DNA of 41,499 nucleotides from Candidatus Izemoplasmataceae bacterium. Its GTDB lineage: Bacteria; Bacillota_I; Bacilli_A; Izemoplasmatales; Izemoplasmataceae. Numbering within the stretch: the stretch's first letter is position 1; each line of letters begins with the position of its first letter. The stretch spans positions 1 to 41,499 of the forward strand of contig JBKHIE010000001.1 of the NCBI GenBank assembly GCA_046538775.1, read 5' to 3'. The notes beneath the pieces were generated by a model. It worked only from the letters and a program-made list of their open reading frames with translations, ran no database searches and had not been told where the DNA came from. Of the stretch, positions 17,204-29,891 are shown piece after piece. Both the position numbers and the translations under genes were made by a program.

Positions 17204-17739
17204 CCAACCACCCTTTCTAGTGCGTCTTTGGTGATGCCGAACATGGTTAACTTCTTGAGAAGCGTCTTCCCATTGGCATGGCCGATGGCGAAATGATCGG
17301 TGATGAATTCCCGGTTCTTTCGGGCATTCACCGTGCCCAGCAGGTTTAGTTCATACAAATCGCTCTTTGTCAATGTGGGCTCGGTTCCCTGATCGCTTTG
17401 GACATGGTTCGACAAGGCTTCCTTGATGGTGGCCCTGGACGCATGTTCAATGCCGACCTTGCCTTTTTGCCGGTCAATGCACGCCGCTTTCTTTAAGAAC
17501 ACATGATCGGTGGGCCCCACGGCATCGACAATACGGCGGCGTATTTTTTCACCCGGCGCATCAGGGTCAAGCATCAGGATGAGTCCTCTGACTTTGTTTG
17601 CATGTTCCAGCGCCTTGAGAGTGGCCGATGGTATTTCACTGCCGTTGGTGATCATGACGTCGGCATGCGGGTAGACTTCATGGACCTTTGCCTTGTCGTG
17701 ATTGCCTTCAACGACGATCACCGGGTCGGATTCATTCAT
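17200..17739 (-). CDS. rnmV: ribonuclease M5 (Toprim domain)
   Basis: VIVVEGNHDKAKV...MLDPDAPGEKIRRRI Toprim motifs. There is a 4-nt overlap with rsmA, the usual rnmV-rsmA pairing. Confidence 0.88.
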   Translation of the reverse strand: MNESDPVIVVEGNHDKAKVHEVYPHADVMITNGSEIPSATLKALEHANKVRGLILMLDPDAPGEKIRRRIVDAVGPTDHVFLKKAACIDRQKGKVGIEHASRATIKEALSNHVQSDQGTEPTLTKSDLYELNLLGTVNARKNREFITDHFAIGHANGKTLLKKLTMFGITKDALERVVG

Positions 17740-18664
17740 TGTTTGAAACTCCTTGATTGGTGAACAGACTTTGTTGCTCTGGGTTGATGATGATGTTCAA
17801 AGCCTTAGGCATGACCTCGACGGTCTGTCTTCCGCGTCCGGCCTTCTCTCCGTCTATGTTCCAGCGGTTTGGTGTGGGGGTATGGAACTCGATGGTGCTT
17901 GCCTTGTAAGTCTCAATCCCCGGAAACCTGCGGACGTGGAATATGAAGCTCAACAAATAAAGCACGTTGTTCACGAACGGTATGTACCGGTAGAGGATGA
18001 GATCGACCTTGCCATCATCCAGTTTGGGCCAGTTGACAATCCTGAACCCGGCGACCCTTTTGGTGTTGAGTATGAGCACCAGTGAGTAATACCGTCTTTT
18101 GAGCGGTCTTCCATCGATGACAATCGACATAGGCATGATGCGGATGGTGAAGAACTCCTTGATCCCTGTTAAGAGGTAAGCGAAAAAACCGATGAGCTTC
18201 TTCAGTTTCCTTGGTGTTGTGTGACTGACATCGACATAGTTCCCGATGCCGCAGACATACGTGAAATAGCCATGGGTGCTTTTGACGATGTCCATCTTGA
18301 CATCCAGGTTTTTTTCGATGATATCGAGCGCCTTATCCAATTTCTTCGGGATGCCAAGTGTCCGTGCGATGTCGCACGAGGTGCCTGTTGGGATGTATCC
18401 GATCCGAGGTTTTAATCCGGCTTCCATTATGCCGTTGACACATTCATTGAATGTGCCGTCGCCTCCCATGATCACAAGCATGCCCTCATCGGATGAAGGT
18501 GCGTCTCGTACTATATCCTTAGCATGACCCGGGTACTCGGTCTGCTTTATGTTACACGTGAAACCTAAAGCGTTCAGTCGGGTTTCAATCGTTTCAATCG
18601 TGCCATCATTAGGCCCGCGTCCGCTACTGGGATTGTAAACAATCATGGCCTGTTTTGCATTCAA
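17732..18664 (-). CDS. diacylglycerol kinase-family lipid kinase (YegS/DagK-like)
   Basis: IVYNPSSGRG N-terminus and the GGDGTFNE catalytic motif. It overlaps the rnmV start by 8 nt. Confidence 0.85.
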   Translation of the reverse strand: MNAKQAMIVYNPSSGRGPNDGTIETIETRLNALGFTCNIKQTEYPGHAKDIVRDAPSSDEGMLVIMGGDGTFNECVNGIMEAGLKPRIGYIPTGTSCDIARTLGIPKKLDKALDIIEKNLDVKMDIVKSTHGYFTYVCGIGNYVDVSHTTPRKLKKLIGFFAYLLTGIKEFFTIRIMPMSIVIDGRPLKRRYYSLVLILNTKRVAGFRIVNWPKLDDGKVDLILYRYIPFVNNVLYLLSFIFHVRRFPGIETYKASTIEFHTPTPNRWNIDGEKAGRGRQTVEVMPKALNIIINPEQQSLFTNQGVSNNE

Positions 18665-18730
18665 GTTCTCCCCAACCCCTCTCTTTGATAATTACATTGT
18701 ACCATTTATCACGGCTTTTTCTCTTTGAAA

Positions 18731-18758
18731 AAGTAAAGAAAAAGTCCCGAAGGACTTT
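18731..18758 (-). terminator. intrinsic terminator after pta (overlaps the stop codon)
   Basis: Minus strand reads TAA-AGUCC-UUCG-GGACU-UUUUUCUUU: a short stem with a UUCG tetraloop and a U tract. Confidence 0.55.
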
Positions 18759-19713
18759 ATTCCAAGACACTCTGTGCGGCCGTGATGATCGCCGTATTGT
18801 ATGCATCTTCCCATGTGCACCCTCTGGACAGGTCGTTCACGGGCTTGTTGAGACCTGCCAATATGGGGCCCATGGCTTCATACCCACCCATGCGTTGGGC
18901 GATTTTGTAGCCGATGTTTCCGGAATTCAGATCCGGGAATATGAAAGTGTTGGCATGGCCTGCCACTTTGCTTCCCTTGAATTTCTTCTCGCCGACAACC
19001 GGAACAAAGGCCGCATCGAATTGCATCTCCCCGTCAATCAGATAGCCTGAGTCCTTATCCTTGGCAATCTTTGTAGCTTTGACCACCTTTTCAGCGATCT
19101 CGTTTTCCGCGCTCCCGTTCGTCGAAAAAGATAACATGGCTACTTTGGGTTCGATGCCAAACATCTCAGCCGCCTTTGCAGATTCAATCGCCGTCTCTGC
19201 AAGCATGTGCTCATCCGGGTCCGGATTGATCGCACAATCGGCCATGATGTAGCGCTCATCCCCTTTGACCATGAGGAAATACCCGAAAGTACGGCTTATT
19301 CCAGGCTTCGTCTTGATGATCTGCAGGGCCGGTCTTACCGTGTCTGCGGTAGAATGGGCGGCCCCGCTTACAAGGCCTTGGGCCTGATTCATGTATACGA
19401 GCATGGTGCCGAAATAATTGCCTTTCTTCAGCATCTCTTTCGCTTGTTCATAGGTGCACTTGCCGGCCCTTCGTTCCACAAGGGCCTGGACAAATTCATT
19501 GTATTGGCTGAACGTTTCGGGGTTGATGACTTCGCACATCGAGACATCGCCCACGATCTTGTCGCTGTCGCCAATGAGGATGGGCTTTATGTTCCCTTCC
19601 CTACCCAGCTTCTGAGCGGCTTCAATGATTCTTGGGTCTTCCGACTCAGGGAAGACGATCGCAATCTCTTTTCCTTTGATCTTTTCTTTTAACGTGTCAA
19701 TAATATTTGGCAT
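18757..19713 (-). CDS. pta: phosphate acetyltransferase
   Basis: The Pta core family is recognised across the full length (...AHSTADTVRPALQIIKT...GDLNSGNIGYKIAQR...). ATG at 19713 is preceded by AGGAGTGA at 5-nt spacing. Confidence 0.93.
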   Translation of the reverse strand: MPNIIDTLKEKIKGKEIAIVFPESEDPRIIEAAQKLGREGNIKPILIGDSDKIVGDVSMCEVINPETFSQYNEFVQALVERRAGKCTYEQAKEMLKKGNYFGTMLVYMNQAQGLVSGAAHSTADTVRPALQIIKTKPGISRTFGYFLMVKGDERYIMADCAINPDPDEHMLAETAIESAKAAEMFGIEPKVAMLSFSTNGSAENEIAEKVVKATKIAKDKDSGYLIDGEMQFDAAFVPVVGEKKFKGSKVAGHANTFIFPDLNSGNIGYKIAQRMGGYEAMGPILAGLNKPVNDLSRGCTWEDAYNTAIITAAQSVLE

Positions 19714-19735
19714 ATAAATCACTCCTAACAGTGCC

Positions 19736-19764
19736 ATTATAGAAGATATGGTCTTATTTTACAA
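19736..19764 (-). promoter_or_regulatory. putative sigma-A promoter of pta
   Basis: On the minus strand: TTGTAA (19764-19759), 17-nt spacer, TATAAT (19741-19736). Confidence 0.55.
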
Positions 19765-19829
19765 TCAGAATTCTGTGACCTGTCCATGAAATCATGTTAA
19801 AATACATTCGGTAAAAAGGTGGTGCCCCC

Positions 19830-20489
19830 ATGAATAACATCAATACGATTCTCTTTGACCTGGACGGAACATTGATCGACACCAATGAAATCATAATCCG
19901 CAGTTATCTTTACGCTTTCAAGAAACACCTTCCTGAGATCGATATCTCAAGAGATAGGGTTATCGACCACATCGGTCCGCCCTTGGACAGGATCTTCTCA
20001 ACATACACATCAAGCCCCTTCAAAGTCAAAGCCATGATCGAGACCTACCGTGAATTCTATGCGAACAACGAGTTCGCCCACTTCAAATTATACGAAGGCG
20101 TCACAGAAACACTCAACACCCTTCATTCTCAAGGATATACCCTTGGTATCGTCACCAGCAAGTTCTTGGAATCGGCGCGTCCCAGTATCGAGTTCTTCGG
20201 ACTTGACCGGTGGATGGACGCCATCATCACCCTCGATGATGTAAAGCATCCGAAGCCCGATAAGGAACCGGTCGAAAGGGCGCTTGAAGCCTTGGACAAT
20301 GTAGACACCGCCTTGATGGTGGGCGACAATACGTCGGACATCGAATCCGCCAAGAGCGCCGGGATCTTGAGCGCCGGTGTCGCCTGGAGCATAAAGGGCG
20401 AGACCGTATTGAAAGCCGCAAACCCCGATTACATGCTTGAAACAATGGACTCGATCTATGCTATACTGGATATAGACAAGGAGGAATGA
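19830..20489 (+). CDS. HAD-superfamily hydrolase (PpaX/phosphoglycolate phosphatase-like)
   Basis: HAD motif I LFDLDGTLIDT, motif II VTSK, and motif III/IV K...GDNTSDIESA. Confidence 0.85.
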   Translation: MNNINTILFDLDGTLIDTNEIIIRSYLYAFKKHLPEIDISRDRVIDHIGPPLDRIFSTYTSSPFKVKAMIETYREFYANNEFAHFKLYEGVTETLNTLHSQGYTLGIVTSKFLESARPSIEFFGLDRWMDAIITLDDVKHPKPDKEPVERALEALDNVDTALMVGDNTSDIESAKSAGILSAGVAWSIKGETVLKAANPDYMLETMDSIYAILDIDKEE

Positions 20490-20491
20490 CC

Positions 20492-20908
20492 ATGGATTGT
20501 ATTTTCTGCAAGATCATCGAAGGTGAGATCCCTTCCTACAAAGTGTATGAGGATGACCATGTCTATGCATTCTTAGACATTACCCAGGGCACTAAAGGCC
20601 ATACCTTGCTGGTGCCAAAAAACCATCTCAAGAACATCTATGAACTCGATGAGGCGACGGCGAACCACGTCTTCACGGCTGTACCCAAAGTCGCCAATGC
20701 CTTGAAAAAGGCGTTCAACCCCATCGGGCTCAACGTGATTCAAAACAATGACCGTCCGCTTCAAAGCGTGTTCCATTTCCATGTCCATCTCGTCCCGAGA
20801 TATGAAGACGACGGCATGACCTTATCCACGATCGACCACGCGGGCGATTATGACGAAGACGATTACAAGTCCGTTCAAAGCGCCATACTAAAGGCCCTCA
20901 AAGCGTAA
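20492..20908 (+). CDS. HIT-family (histidine triad) nucleotide hydrolase
   Basis: CIFCKII N-terminus and the histidine triad HFHVHLVPR. ATG at 20492 lies 7 nt after AAGGAGG and is preferred over 20486. Confidence 0.9.
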   Translation: MDCIFCKIIEGEIPSYKVYEDDHVYAFLDITQGTKGHTLLVPKNHLKNIYELDEATANHVFTAVPKVANALKKAFNPIGLNVIQNNDRPLQSVFHFHVHLVPRYEDDGMTLSTIDHAGDYDEDDYKSVQSAILKALKA

Positions 20909-20934
20909 AAAGAAGCCATATGGCTTCTTTTTTT
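20907..20934. terminator. bidirectional intrinsic terminator between the HIT gene and pepA
   Basis: Palindrome AGAAGCCATATGGCTTCT (20911-20928) flanked by A4 and T6. Confidence 0.75.
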
Positions 20935-20938
20935 CTTT

Positions 20939-22309
20939 CTAGGCATGCATGTTGACCAGGGTACGGACCATGGCGCCGGTCGCACCCTTCTTATCATCAA
21001 AGGCTGTACCGGCGATGTCCAGGTGAATCCATGGCACCCCTTCATTCACAAACCTTTCGAGGAAAGCTGCGGCAACGGAAGCCCCGGCGGCTCTTCCCCC
21101 TTTGTTGGCCATGTCCGCGCTGTAGCTTTCAAGCGCTTTCCGGTGAGCCTCCATGATCGGCAGCTGCCATACGTTCTCCTTGGATTCGTGTGCGGTCTTC
21201 TCAAGCGTCCGATAATACGCCTGGTCGTTTGTGAAGGCTCCGGTGATGGTGTTTCCAAGCGAGGCGACGACGGACCCGGTCAACGTTGCGACATCGATCA
21301 GACGGGTCGCGCCCTTCTTTTGGGCGTACCATAAGGCGTCCGCCAAGGTCAGCCTGCCTTCGGCGTCGGTGGAGATGATTTCCACCGTCTTGCCGCTTGC
21401 GGTTGTCAGGATGTCATCCGGCACGATGGCATCCGGCCCGATCCGGTTGTCCGTCGCCGCAATGACGACCGAGACGTTCACCTTGGCCTTAAGGGCATGA
21501 AGGGCTTTGAAAACGCCGAGGACCGTCGCGGCGCCTCCCATGTCCATTTTCATGGTGGGCATCGTTTTCGGGGTCTTGAGGGAATACCCGCCGGTATCGT
21601 ACATGACCCCCTTGCCGACCAGGCCGACCCTTTCGTCACTTGACGGGTCGCCTTGATAGGTGAGATGGATCAGCCTGGGCGCATCCTTGCTGCCTGCGTT
21701 CACCCCCAGGAAAGCCCCCATTTTAAGTTTTTCGATGGCCTTCTTGTCCAGGATGGTCGCTTCAATCCCCGCTTCCTTGGCCCACTCGCCGACCTTGTCG
21801 GCGAGTGTTTCCGCATTCAGGTGATTGTAGGGGGTGTTGATGAGGGTCCTCACCTCGTTGATGGCCTCGCCGAGGATGATGCCCTTGCGGACCGCGTCAT
21901 CGTTGGCGGGGTCCAACAGGTAGTATAGCTCCACCTTGGAGGCTTTCTGGCTTTTGAACGCGTCAAAGTCATAAAGGACCCTTTCAATGGTCTCAAAGAC
22001 CAGGCTCACATCGTCCTTATTGAAGGACTCTGTCAGGATTAAGGCCTTTCCCTCCATGCCATTTAGGAACCTGAAGGCCTTTTCCGCTTTTTCTGTGTTC
22101 TCCAGATACTCCGAATTGACCACATAGATTTTCTCCGTCTTCAGGTTGCCTAACGTGTGGATGAGCGTGAAAGGGGATTGTTCCAACGCTTTGATTTCGC
22201 CATTCAAGGACTCATCCACCGCTTTGACCCAGGGGTTCTCCAAGTTGTCACCGATGATGAGCGTTTTCGATTCCTGGGTGAGTTCGAGTCTTTTTTGTTT
22301 TTGGATCAT
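20939..22309 (-). CDS. pepA: leucyl aminopeptidase (M17 family)
   Basis: M17 catalytic signature (STDAEGRLTLADAL), VGKGVMYDTGGYSLK and MKMDMGGAA. ATG at 22309 lies 7 nt after AAGGAAG and 2 nt after the serS stop. The GTG at 22315 is an alternative. Confidence 0.9.
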   Translation of the reverse strand: MIQKQKRLELTQESKTLIIGDNLENPWVKAVDESLNGEIKALEQSPFTLIHTLGNLKTEKIYVVNSEYLENTEKAEKAFRFLNGMEGKALILTESFNKDDVSLVFETIERVLYDFDAFKSQKASKVELYYLLDPANDDAVRKGIILGEAINEVRTLINTPYNHLNAETLADKVGEWAKEAGIEATILDKKAIEKLKMGAFLGVNAGSKDAPRLIHLTYQGDPSSDERVGLVGKGVMYDTGGYSLKTPKTMPTMKMDMGGAATVLGVFKALHALKAKVNVSVVIAATDNRIGPDAIVPDDILTTASGKTVEIISTDAEGRLTLADALWYAQKKGATRLIDVATLTGSVVASLGNTITGAFTNDQAYYRTLEKTAHESKENVWQLPIMEAHRKALESYSADMANKGGRAAGASVAAAFLERFVNEGVPWIHLDIAGTAFDDKKGATGAMVRTLVNMHA

Positions 22310-22311
22310 GA

Positions 22312-23601
22312 TCACACTTCCTTTTTGGATTGGATACGGTCGGTCTTGAGATACGGTCTTAGGACTTCGGGGACGACGATGCTGCCGTCTTCTTGCTGGT
22401 AGTTCTCCATGATGGCCACCACCGTGCGTCCGACCGCGAGTCCGGACCCGTTCAATGTGTGCAGGAATTCCGGCTTGGCCCCTTTTTCCGGGCGGTATTT
22501 GATGTTCCCCCGGCGGGCCTGGTAATCCTCGGCGTTTGAGATGCTGCCGATCTCCCGGTATGTCTCATACGAGGGGAGATAGACCTCAAGGTCATAGGTC
22601 TTTGCCATTGAGAAGCCGAGGTCGCCGCTGCATATCTCGACAACACGGTAGGGTAGCTTGAGGGCCTTAAGGATGTTCTCGCTGTTTTCAAGCATGGTCT
22701 CAAGGGCCTGATACGAGGTTTCAGGGGTTGTGAACTTGATCAGTTCGACCTTGTTGAACTGATGCTGGCGGATGATGCCCCGGGTATCCCTCCCCGCGCT
22801 TCCCGCCTCCTGGCGGAAGGCCGTCGTGAAGGCGACATAGCGTTTGGGAAGGGCCTCTTTGGCGAGGATCTCATCCCTGTGCATGTTGATGCCCGGGACT
22901 TCGGCGGTGGGGTTCAGATAGAGCCCGCGCTCATCGTTCAGTTCGAACGCGTCGTCCTTGAACTTCGGAAGCTGCCCCGTCGCCTGCATGCTAGCCTTGT
23001 TGACGATGAACGGAAGCAGGACTTCATCATAGCCATGCTCATCGACATGCATGTCGAGCATGAAATTGATCAACGCCCGCTCAAGTCTCGACCCGAGGCC
23101 CTTATAGATGGTGAAGCGGCTTGCAGCCACCTTGACGGCCCGTTTGAAATCGAGAATGTCGAGGTCAATCCCGAGGTCCCAGTGCGCTTTGGGCTCGAAG
23201 GTGAATTCCGGGATTTCACCCACGTGCCTGAGCACCGGGTTCTCCGTGTCGTCCTTGCCGATGGGAATCCCCTTGTAGGGGAGGTTCGGTGTCCGCAGCA
23301 AGGTGTCTTCAATCGTCTTTTCGATCGCGCCTAGTTCCTTCTCGAGTTCTGCGATTTCCTTCTTGTTGTCCTCGATCGATTGGAAGATTGCCGAAGGGTC
23401 CTTCCCTTCGCGCTTGAACTGCCCGATTTTCTTGCTGGTTTCATTTCGTTCCTTCTTGAGGGTCTCCACCCGCCGGATGACCGCCCGACGTCTCTCGTCG
23501 TGTTTTACGACATCTCTTAGGTAGGTGAAGTCATCCCCTCTCGTGTTCAACCGTTCAATCGCTTCGTCCAGATTGTCTCTTAGGTATTTCAAATCCAACA
23601 T
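22312..23601 (-). CDS. serS: serine--tRNA ligase
   Basis: MLDLKYLRDN N-terminus with a coiled-coil arm, and class II motifs (FRQEAGSAGRDTRGIIRQHQF, GSGLAVGRT). ATG at 23601 lies 7 nt after GGAGG and is preferred over 23607. Confidence 0.95.
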   Translation of the reverse strand: MLDLKYLRDNLDEAIERLNTRGDDFTYLRDVVKHDERRRAVIRRVETLKKERNETSKKIGQFKREGKDPSAIFQSIEDNKKEIAELEKELGAIEKTIEDTLLRTPNLPYKGIPIGKDDTENPVLRHVGEIPEFTFEPKAHWDLGIDLDILDFKRAVKVAASRFTIYKGLGSRLERALINFMLDMHVDEHGYDEVLLPFIVNKASMQATGQLPKFKDDAFELNDERGLYLNPTAEVPGINMHRDEILAKEALPKRYVAFTTAFRQEAGSAGRDTRGIIRQHQFNKVELIKFTTPETSYQALETMLENSENILKALKLPYRVVEICSGDLGFSMAKTYDLEVYLPSYETYREIGSISNAEDYQARRGNIKYRPEKGAKPEFLHTLNGSGLAVGRTVVAIMENYQQEDGSIVVPEVLRPYLKTDRIQSKKEV

Positions 23602-23630
23602 GGTCATTCCTCCTATGGCGCTTTTTTAAT

Positions 23631-23852
23631 AAAAAACGCCCGTCCCGTTTGAGGGACGGGCGTCATAACCCGTGTTGCCACCCTGATTGATGCGCATGGC
23701 GCATCCACTCAAGTCTGATAACGGTAGAGACCGGGAAAGCATTTGACTTTCCGCTCAGGGGTGGAATTCATCCATGCACGATGCCGGTTCTCAGCCCCAC
23801 CGGCTCTCTTGGATCGCTTCATGGATTACTTGGTCCCATCGACACTTTCTTT
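23631..23852 (-). promoter_or_regulatory. T-box leader (Ser specifier) of serS
   Basis: On the minus strand the T-box core GGGTGGCAACACGGG is at 23683-23669. The terminator has a perfect 10-bp stem CGCCCGUCCC / GGGACGGGCG (23662-23637) followed by U6. The specifier context is GGAUGAAU-UCC-A-CC, with UCC at 23765-23763, the same context as in the asnS leader. Confidence 0.88.
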
Positions 23853-23858
23853 GCTTAG

Positions 23859-23887
23859 AGTGTAGCATGGGCTTCGGTCATTGTCAA
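23859..23887 (-). promoter_or_regulatory. putative sigma-A promoter of the serS T-box leader
   Basis: On the minus strand: TTGACA (23887-23882), 17-nt spacer, TACACT (23864-23859). The -35 element overlaps the gyrA stop codon (23886-23884). Confidence 0.55.
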
Positions 23888-26541
23888 TTCGAAGACCCGA
23901 AATCGAAGAGGTTTTCCGGAACGGTCGCTTCTTCGTCATCATCCGGCTCGTCCTCGTCATTCGAGGTTTCCCCGGCTGGAGCGGACGGTTCGTCGGTTGT
24001 TTCAGGCCCCGGTTCATCCGTGTCCTGCGGTTGGGCCGCGCTGGAGGTTGGCTCACTTGTTGCCTCATCGGGCAGTTCTTCCTCAGGGTGGTCGGTCTCT
24101 TCGTCCTCATCATGCGGCACGATGGCGGTGCTTGCGACCGCATGCCCTTCGTTCAAGCGGATGAGGCGGACCCCCTGGGTGGCTCGGGAGCTACAGGAGA
24201 TCTGAATCACAGGAATCCGGATCATGGTGCCGCGGTCGGAGAGGATGATGAGGTCCTCTTCCCCGCTGACACCGACAAGCCGGACGAGGTTTCCGTTCTT
24301 TTCCGTGACGTTCAGGGTCTTGACACCCTTTCCGCCACGGTTTTGAAGCCGGTATTCATCCAGGCTCGTCCGTTTTCCGTAGCCTTTTTCGGTGACCACG
24401 AGGATTTCCTTGATGGTGTCGTCGACCACGGTGGTACCGACCACGAGCTCGGAGTCCTTAAGCTGGATGCCGCGGACGCCGGCGGCTGTGCGCCCCATGG
24501 GACGGACGGTGGATTCGTTGAAACGGATCGCCTTGCCGTTGGAGGCCCCGAGAATGATATCCTTCTTGCCGTCGGTCAGCTTGACATCGTGCAGTTCGTC
24601 CTGATCCCTCAGTGTCAACGCGCGGATGCCTGAGGAGCGGATGTTCTGGTAGTCCTTGACACCGGTCCGTTTGACGATGCCCTTCTTAGTCGTGAAGAAG
24701 AGGTAATCGTCGCTGTCGAAGTCCTTGATGTGGGTGATCGCCTGCAGGGTCTCGTCCGCTTCGAAATCAAGGATGTTCACCAGGGGCAGGCCTTTTGAGG
24801 CCCGTGAGAACTCCGGAATCTTGTACCCCTTGATCTTATAGACCCGGCCCAGGTTCGTGAAGAAAAGCAGGTAGTCATGGGTCGAGGTGTAAAGCAGGTG
24901 TTCAACCGCGTCGTCATCATGCATCTTGATGCCTGTCATGCCTTTGCCGCCACGGTTTTGGATCTTATAGCTGGTGGCGTTCATGCGCTTGCAATACCCT
25001 TCCTGGGTGATGGTGATGATGACGTCCTCTTCAGGGATGAGGTCTTCGTCTTCCAGTTCAAGGTCATGGGCAAGGGAAATGTCGCTTTTCCGTTTGTTGG
25101 AATGGGAATCCTTGAGGGCAAGCAGATCTTCCTTGATGACTTCGCGTTGCTTGTCTTCGCTTCCAAGGATGGTCTCGTATTCTTCAATGCTTGCGCGGAG
25201 TCCCGCCAGTTCATCGTCGATCTTCTCGCGTTCGAGGCCTGAAAGCTTTCTCAGCCGCATCTCGAGGATCGCCTTGGCCTGTTCTTCGGTGAACTCAAAG
25301 GCCTCCATGAGCTGCTCTTGGGGGTCGTCGTAGGCGTTCCTTATGATTTCGATGATCGCATCGATGTTGTCGAGCGCCTTGAGGAGACCCTCCAGTATGT
25401 GCGCGCGGGCGCGCGCTTTCTCAAGGTCGAAGGCCGTCCTGCGGACGAGCACTTCGAGCTGATGGTCGATGTAGTGTTCGATGGTCTCTTTCAGGCTGAG
25501 CACCTTCGGTTGCTGATTGACAAGGGCGAGGGTGTTCATCCCGAAAGACACCTGCATGGGGGTGAACTTATAGAGGTTGTTCAAGGTCACCTCGGGGTTC
25601 ACGCCTTTTCTGAGCTCGATGATGATCTTGATGCCATCACGGTTGGATTCATCCCGGAGGTCGGTGATGCCCTCGATGCGTTTTTCCTTGGCAAGCTCGG
25701 CGATTTTCTCGATCAAGCGTGTCTTGTTGACCTGGTAGGGGATTTCGTGGACAGTGATGACGCTTTTTCCGTTGTCCTTGGTGGTGATGTCGCATTTGGA
25801 GCGGATCTTGAAGGATCCGTTGCCGGTCTCATAGGCTTTCCTGACACCGGTAAGTCCCATGATGATGCCGCCGGTCGGGAAATCCGGCGCCTTGATGAAT
25901 TGCATGAGCCCATCAAGGTCGATGTCGGGATTGTCGATGGTGGCGACGATGCCATCGATGGTCTCTCCGAGATTATGCGGGGGGATGTTCGTCGCCATCC
26001 CGACCGCAATCCCGGTCGATCCGTTCACAAGAAGGTTCGGGAACTTCGAAGGAAGCACGACGGGCTCCTTTTCCGTCCCGTCGTAGTTGTCCGCAAAGTC
26101 GATGGTGTTCTTCTTGATGTCCTTGAGCATCTCCATTGAAAGCTTGGTCATCTTGGCTTCGGTGTAACGCATGGCAGCGGCACCATCCCCGTCGATGGAA
26201 CCGAAGTTGCCATGCCCGTCCACGAGGGGATAGCGGTAGGAGAACTCCTGGGCCATCCGGACCATGGCGTCGTAAATGGCACTGTCACCGTGGGGATGGT
26301 ACTTACCCATGACGTCCCCGACGATCCGGGCGCTTTTCTTATACGAAGCATTCGGATAGACGCCGAGCCCTTCCATGCCGTAAAGAATGCGGCGGTGGAC
26401 CGGTTTCAACCCGTCCCTGACATCCGGGAGGGCCCTTGAGACGATGACACTCATCGCATAGCTCATGAAAGACGTCTTCATCTCGCTTGTGATGTTGAGG
26501 TCGTTGATTCGATCAAATGTTGTCGGTTTCATTGCATCCAT
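23884..26541 (-). CDS. gyrA: DNA gyrase subunit A with a long acidic C-terminal tail
   Basis: [24 protein letters not shown] (active-site Tyr) and C-terminal beta-pinwheel repeats, followed by a tail of about 76 aa rich in D/E/P/T. GGAG lies 8 nt before the ATG at 26541. Confidence 0.97.
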   Translation of the reverse strand: MDAMKPTTFDRINDLNITSEMKTSFMSYAMSVIVSRALPDVRDGLKPVHRRILYGMEGLGVYPNASYKKSARIVGDVMGKYHPHGDSAIYDAMVRMAQEFSYRYPLVDGHGNFGSIDGDGAAAMRYTEAKMTKLSMEMLKDIKKNTIDFADNYDGTEKEPVVLPSKFPNLLVNGSTGIAVGMATNIPPHNLGETIDGIVATIDNPDIDLDGLMQFIKAPDFPTGGIIMGLTGVRKAYETGNGSFKIRSKCDITTKDNGKSVITVHEIPYQVNKTRLIEKIAELAKEKRIEGITDLRDESNRDGIKIIIELRKGVNPEVTLNNLYKFTPMQVSFGMNTLALVNQQPKVLSLKETIEHYIDHQLEVLVRRTAFDLEKARARAHILEGLLKALDNIDAIIEIIRNAYDDPQEQLMEAFEFTEEQAKAILEMRLRKLSGLEREKIDDELAGLRASIEEYETILGSEDKQREVIKEDLLALKDSHSNKRKSDISLAHDLELEDEDLIPEEDVIITITQEGYCKRMNATSYKIQNRGGKGMTGIKMHDDDAVEHLLYTSTHDYLLFFTNLGRVYKIKGYKIPEFSRASKGLPLVNILDFEADETLQAITHIKDFDSDDYLFFTTKKGIVKRTGVKDYQNIRSSGIRALTLRDQDELHDVKLTDGKKDIILGASNGKAIRFNESTVRPMGRTAAGVRGIQLKDSELVVGTTVVDDTIKEILVVTEKGYGKRTSLDEYRLQNRGGKGVKTLNVTEKNGNLVRLVGVSGEEDLIILSDRGTMIRIPVIQISCSSRATQGVRLIRLNEGHAVASTAIVPHDEDEETDHPEEELPDEATSEPTSSAAQPQDTDEPGPETTDEPSAPAGETSNDEDEPDDDEEATVPENLFDFGSSN

Positions 26542-26552
26542 AATGTACGCTC

Positions 26553-29527
<2,975 letters not shown>

Positions 29528-29541
<14 letters not shown>

Positions 29542-29758
29542 GGTGAATGGTGAAGGTGCCTACTCCTTCGACATCGATCCTGTCACCAGGATAGAGCTTG
29601 CGTCCACGCCGGGTCTCCACCTCGTCGTTCACCTTGACGCTTTCGTCAAAAAGCACGGCTTTGACATCGCCACCCGAAGCGGCAATGTTCGCGTATTTCA
29701 AAAACTGTCCGAGCTTGATGAACGGGGTGGTGATTTCGATGTCCTTCAAAACAATCAC
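29528..29758 (-). CDS. yaaA: S4-domain RNA-binding protein YaaA
   Basis: 76 aa with IKLGQFLKYANIAASGGDVKAVL...VKVNDEVETRRGRKLYPGD (S4 fold). It occupies the canonical slot between dnaN and recF. GTG start. Confidence 0.8.
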
Positions 29759-29790
29759 TCTTTCTTATATATATAATATATACCATTAGT

Positions 29791-29819
29791 ATTATATAAT
29801 ATATTGGTTAAAATAACAA
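29791..29819 (-). promoter_or_regulatory. putative sigma-A promoter of yaaA-recF
   Basis: On the minus strand: TTGTTA (29819-29814), 17-nt spacer, TATAAT (29796-29791), inside an AT-rich gap. Confidence 0.55.
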
Positions 29820-29830
29820 GTTTTTACACG

Positions 29831-29858
29831 AAAAAAAGCCCCTCAGACAAAGGGGCTT
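29831..29858 (-). terminator. intrinsic terminator after dnaN
   Basis: Minus strand reads AGCCCCU-UUGUCUG-AGGGGCU followed by U7. Confidence 0.7.
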
Positions 29859-29891
29859 TCAGGTGTGATTTCAAAACTTATCGGGCATCGG

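Noticed and set aside
23881-26139. Long plus-strand ORFs (23881-24633, 25318-26139 and others) opposite gyrA, including a Ser-rich ORF at 23774-24205
   Set aside because: They are antisense shadows of gyrA. The Ser-rich one merely mirrors the acidic-tail codons (GAn/GAA repeats read backwards). There are no start signals.
29759-29830. Very AT-rich TATA-repeat stretch between dnaN and yaaA as a possible second unwinding element
   Set aside because: It has no adjacent DnaA boxes. The sequence is fully explained by a good -35/-10 promoter (29819-29791) and the short yaaA leader.
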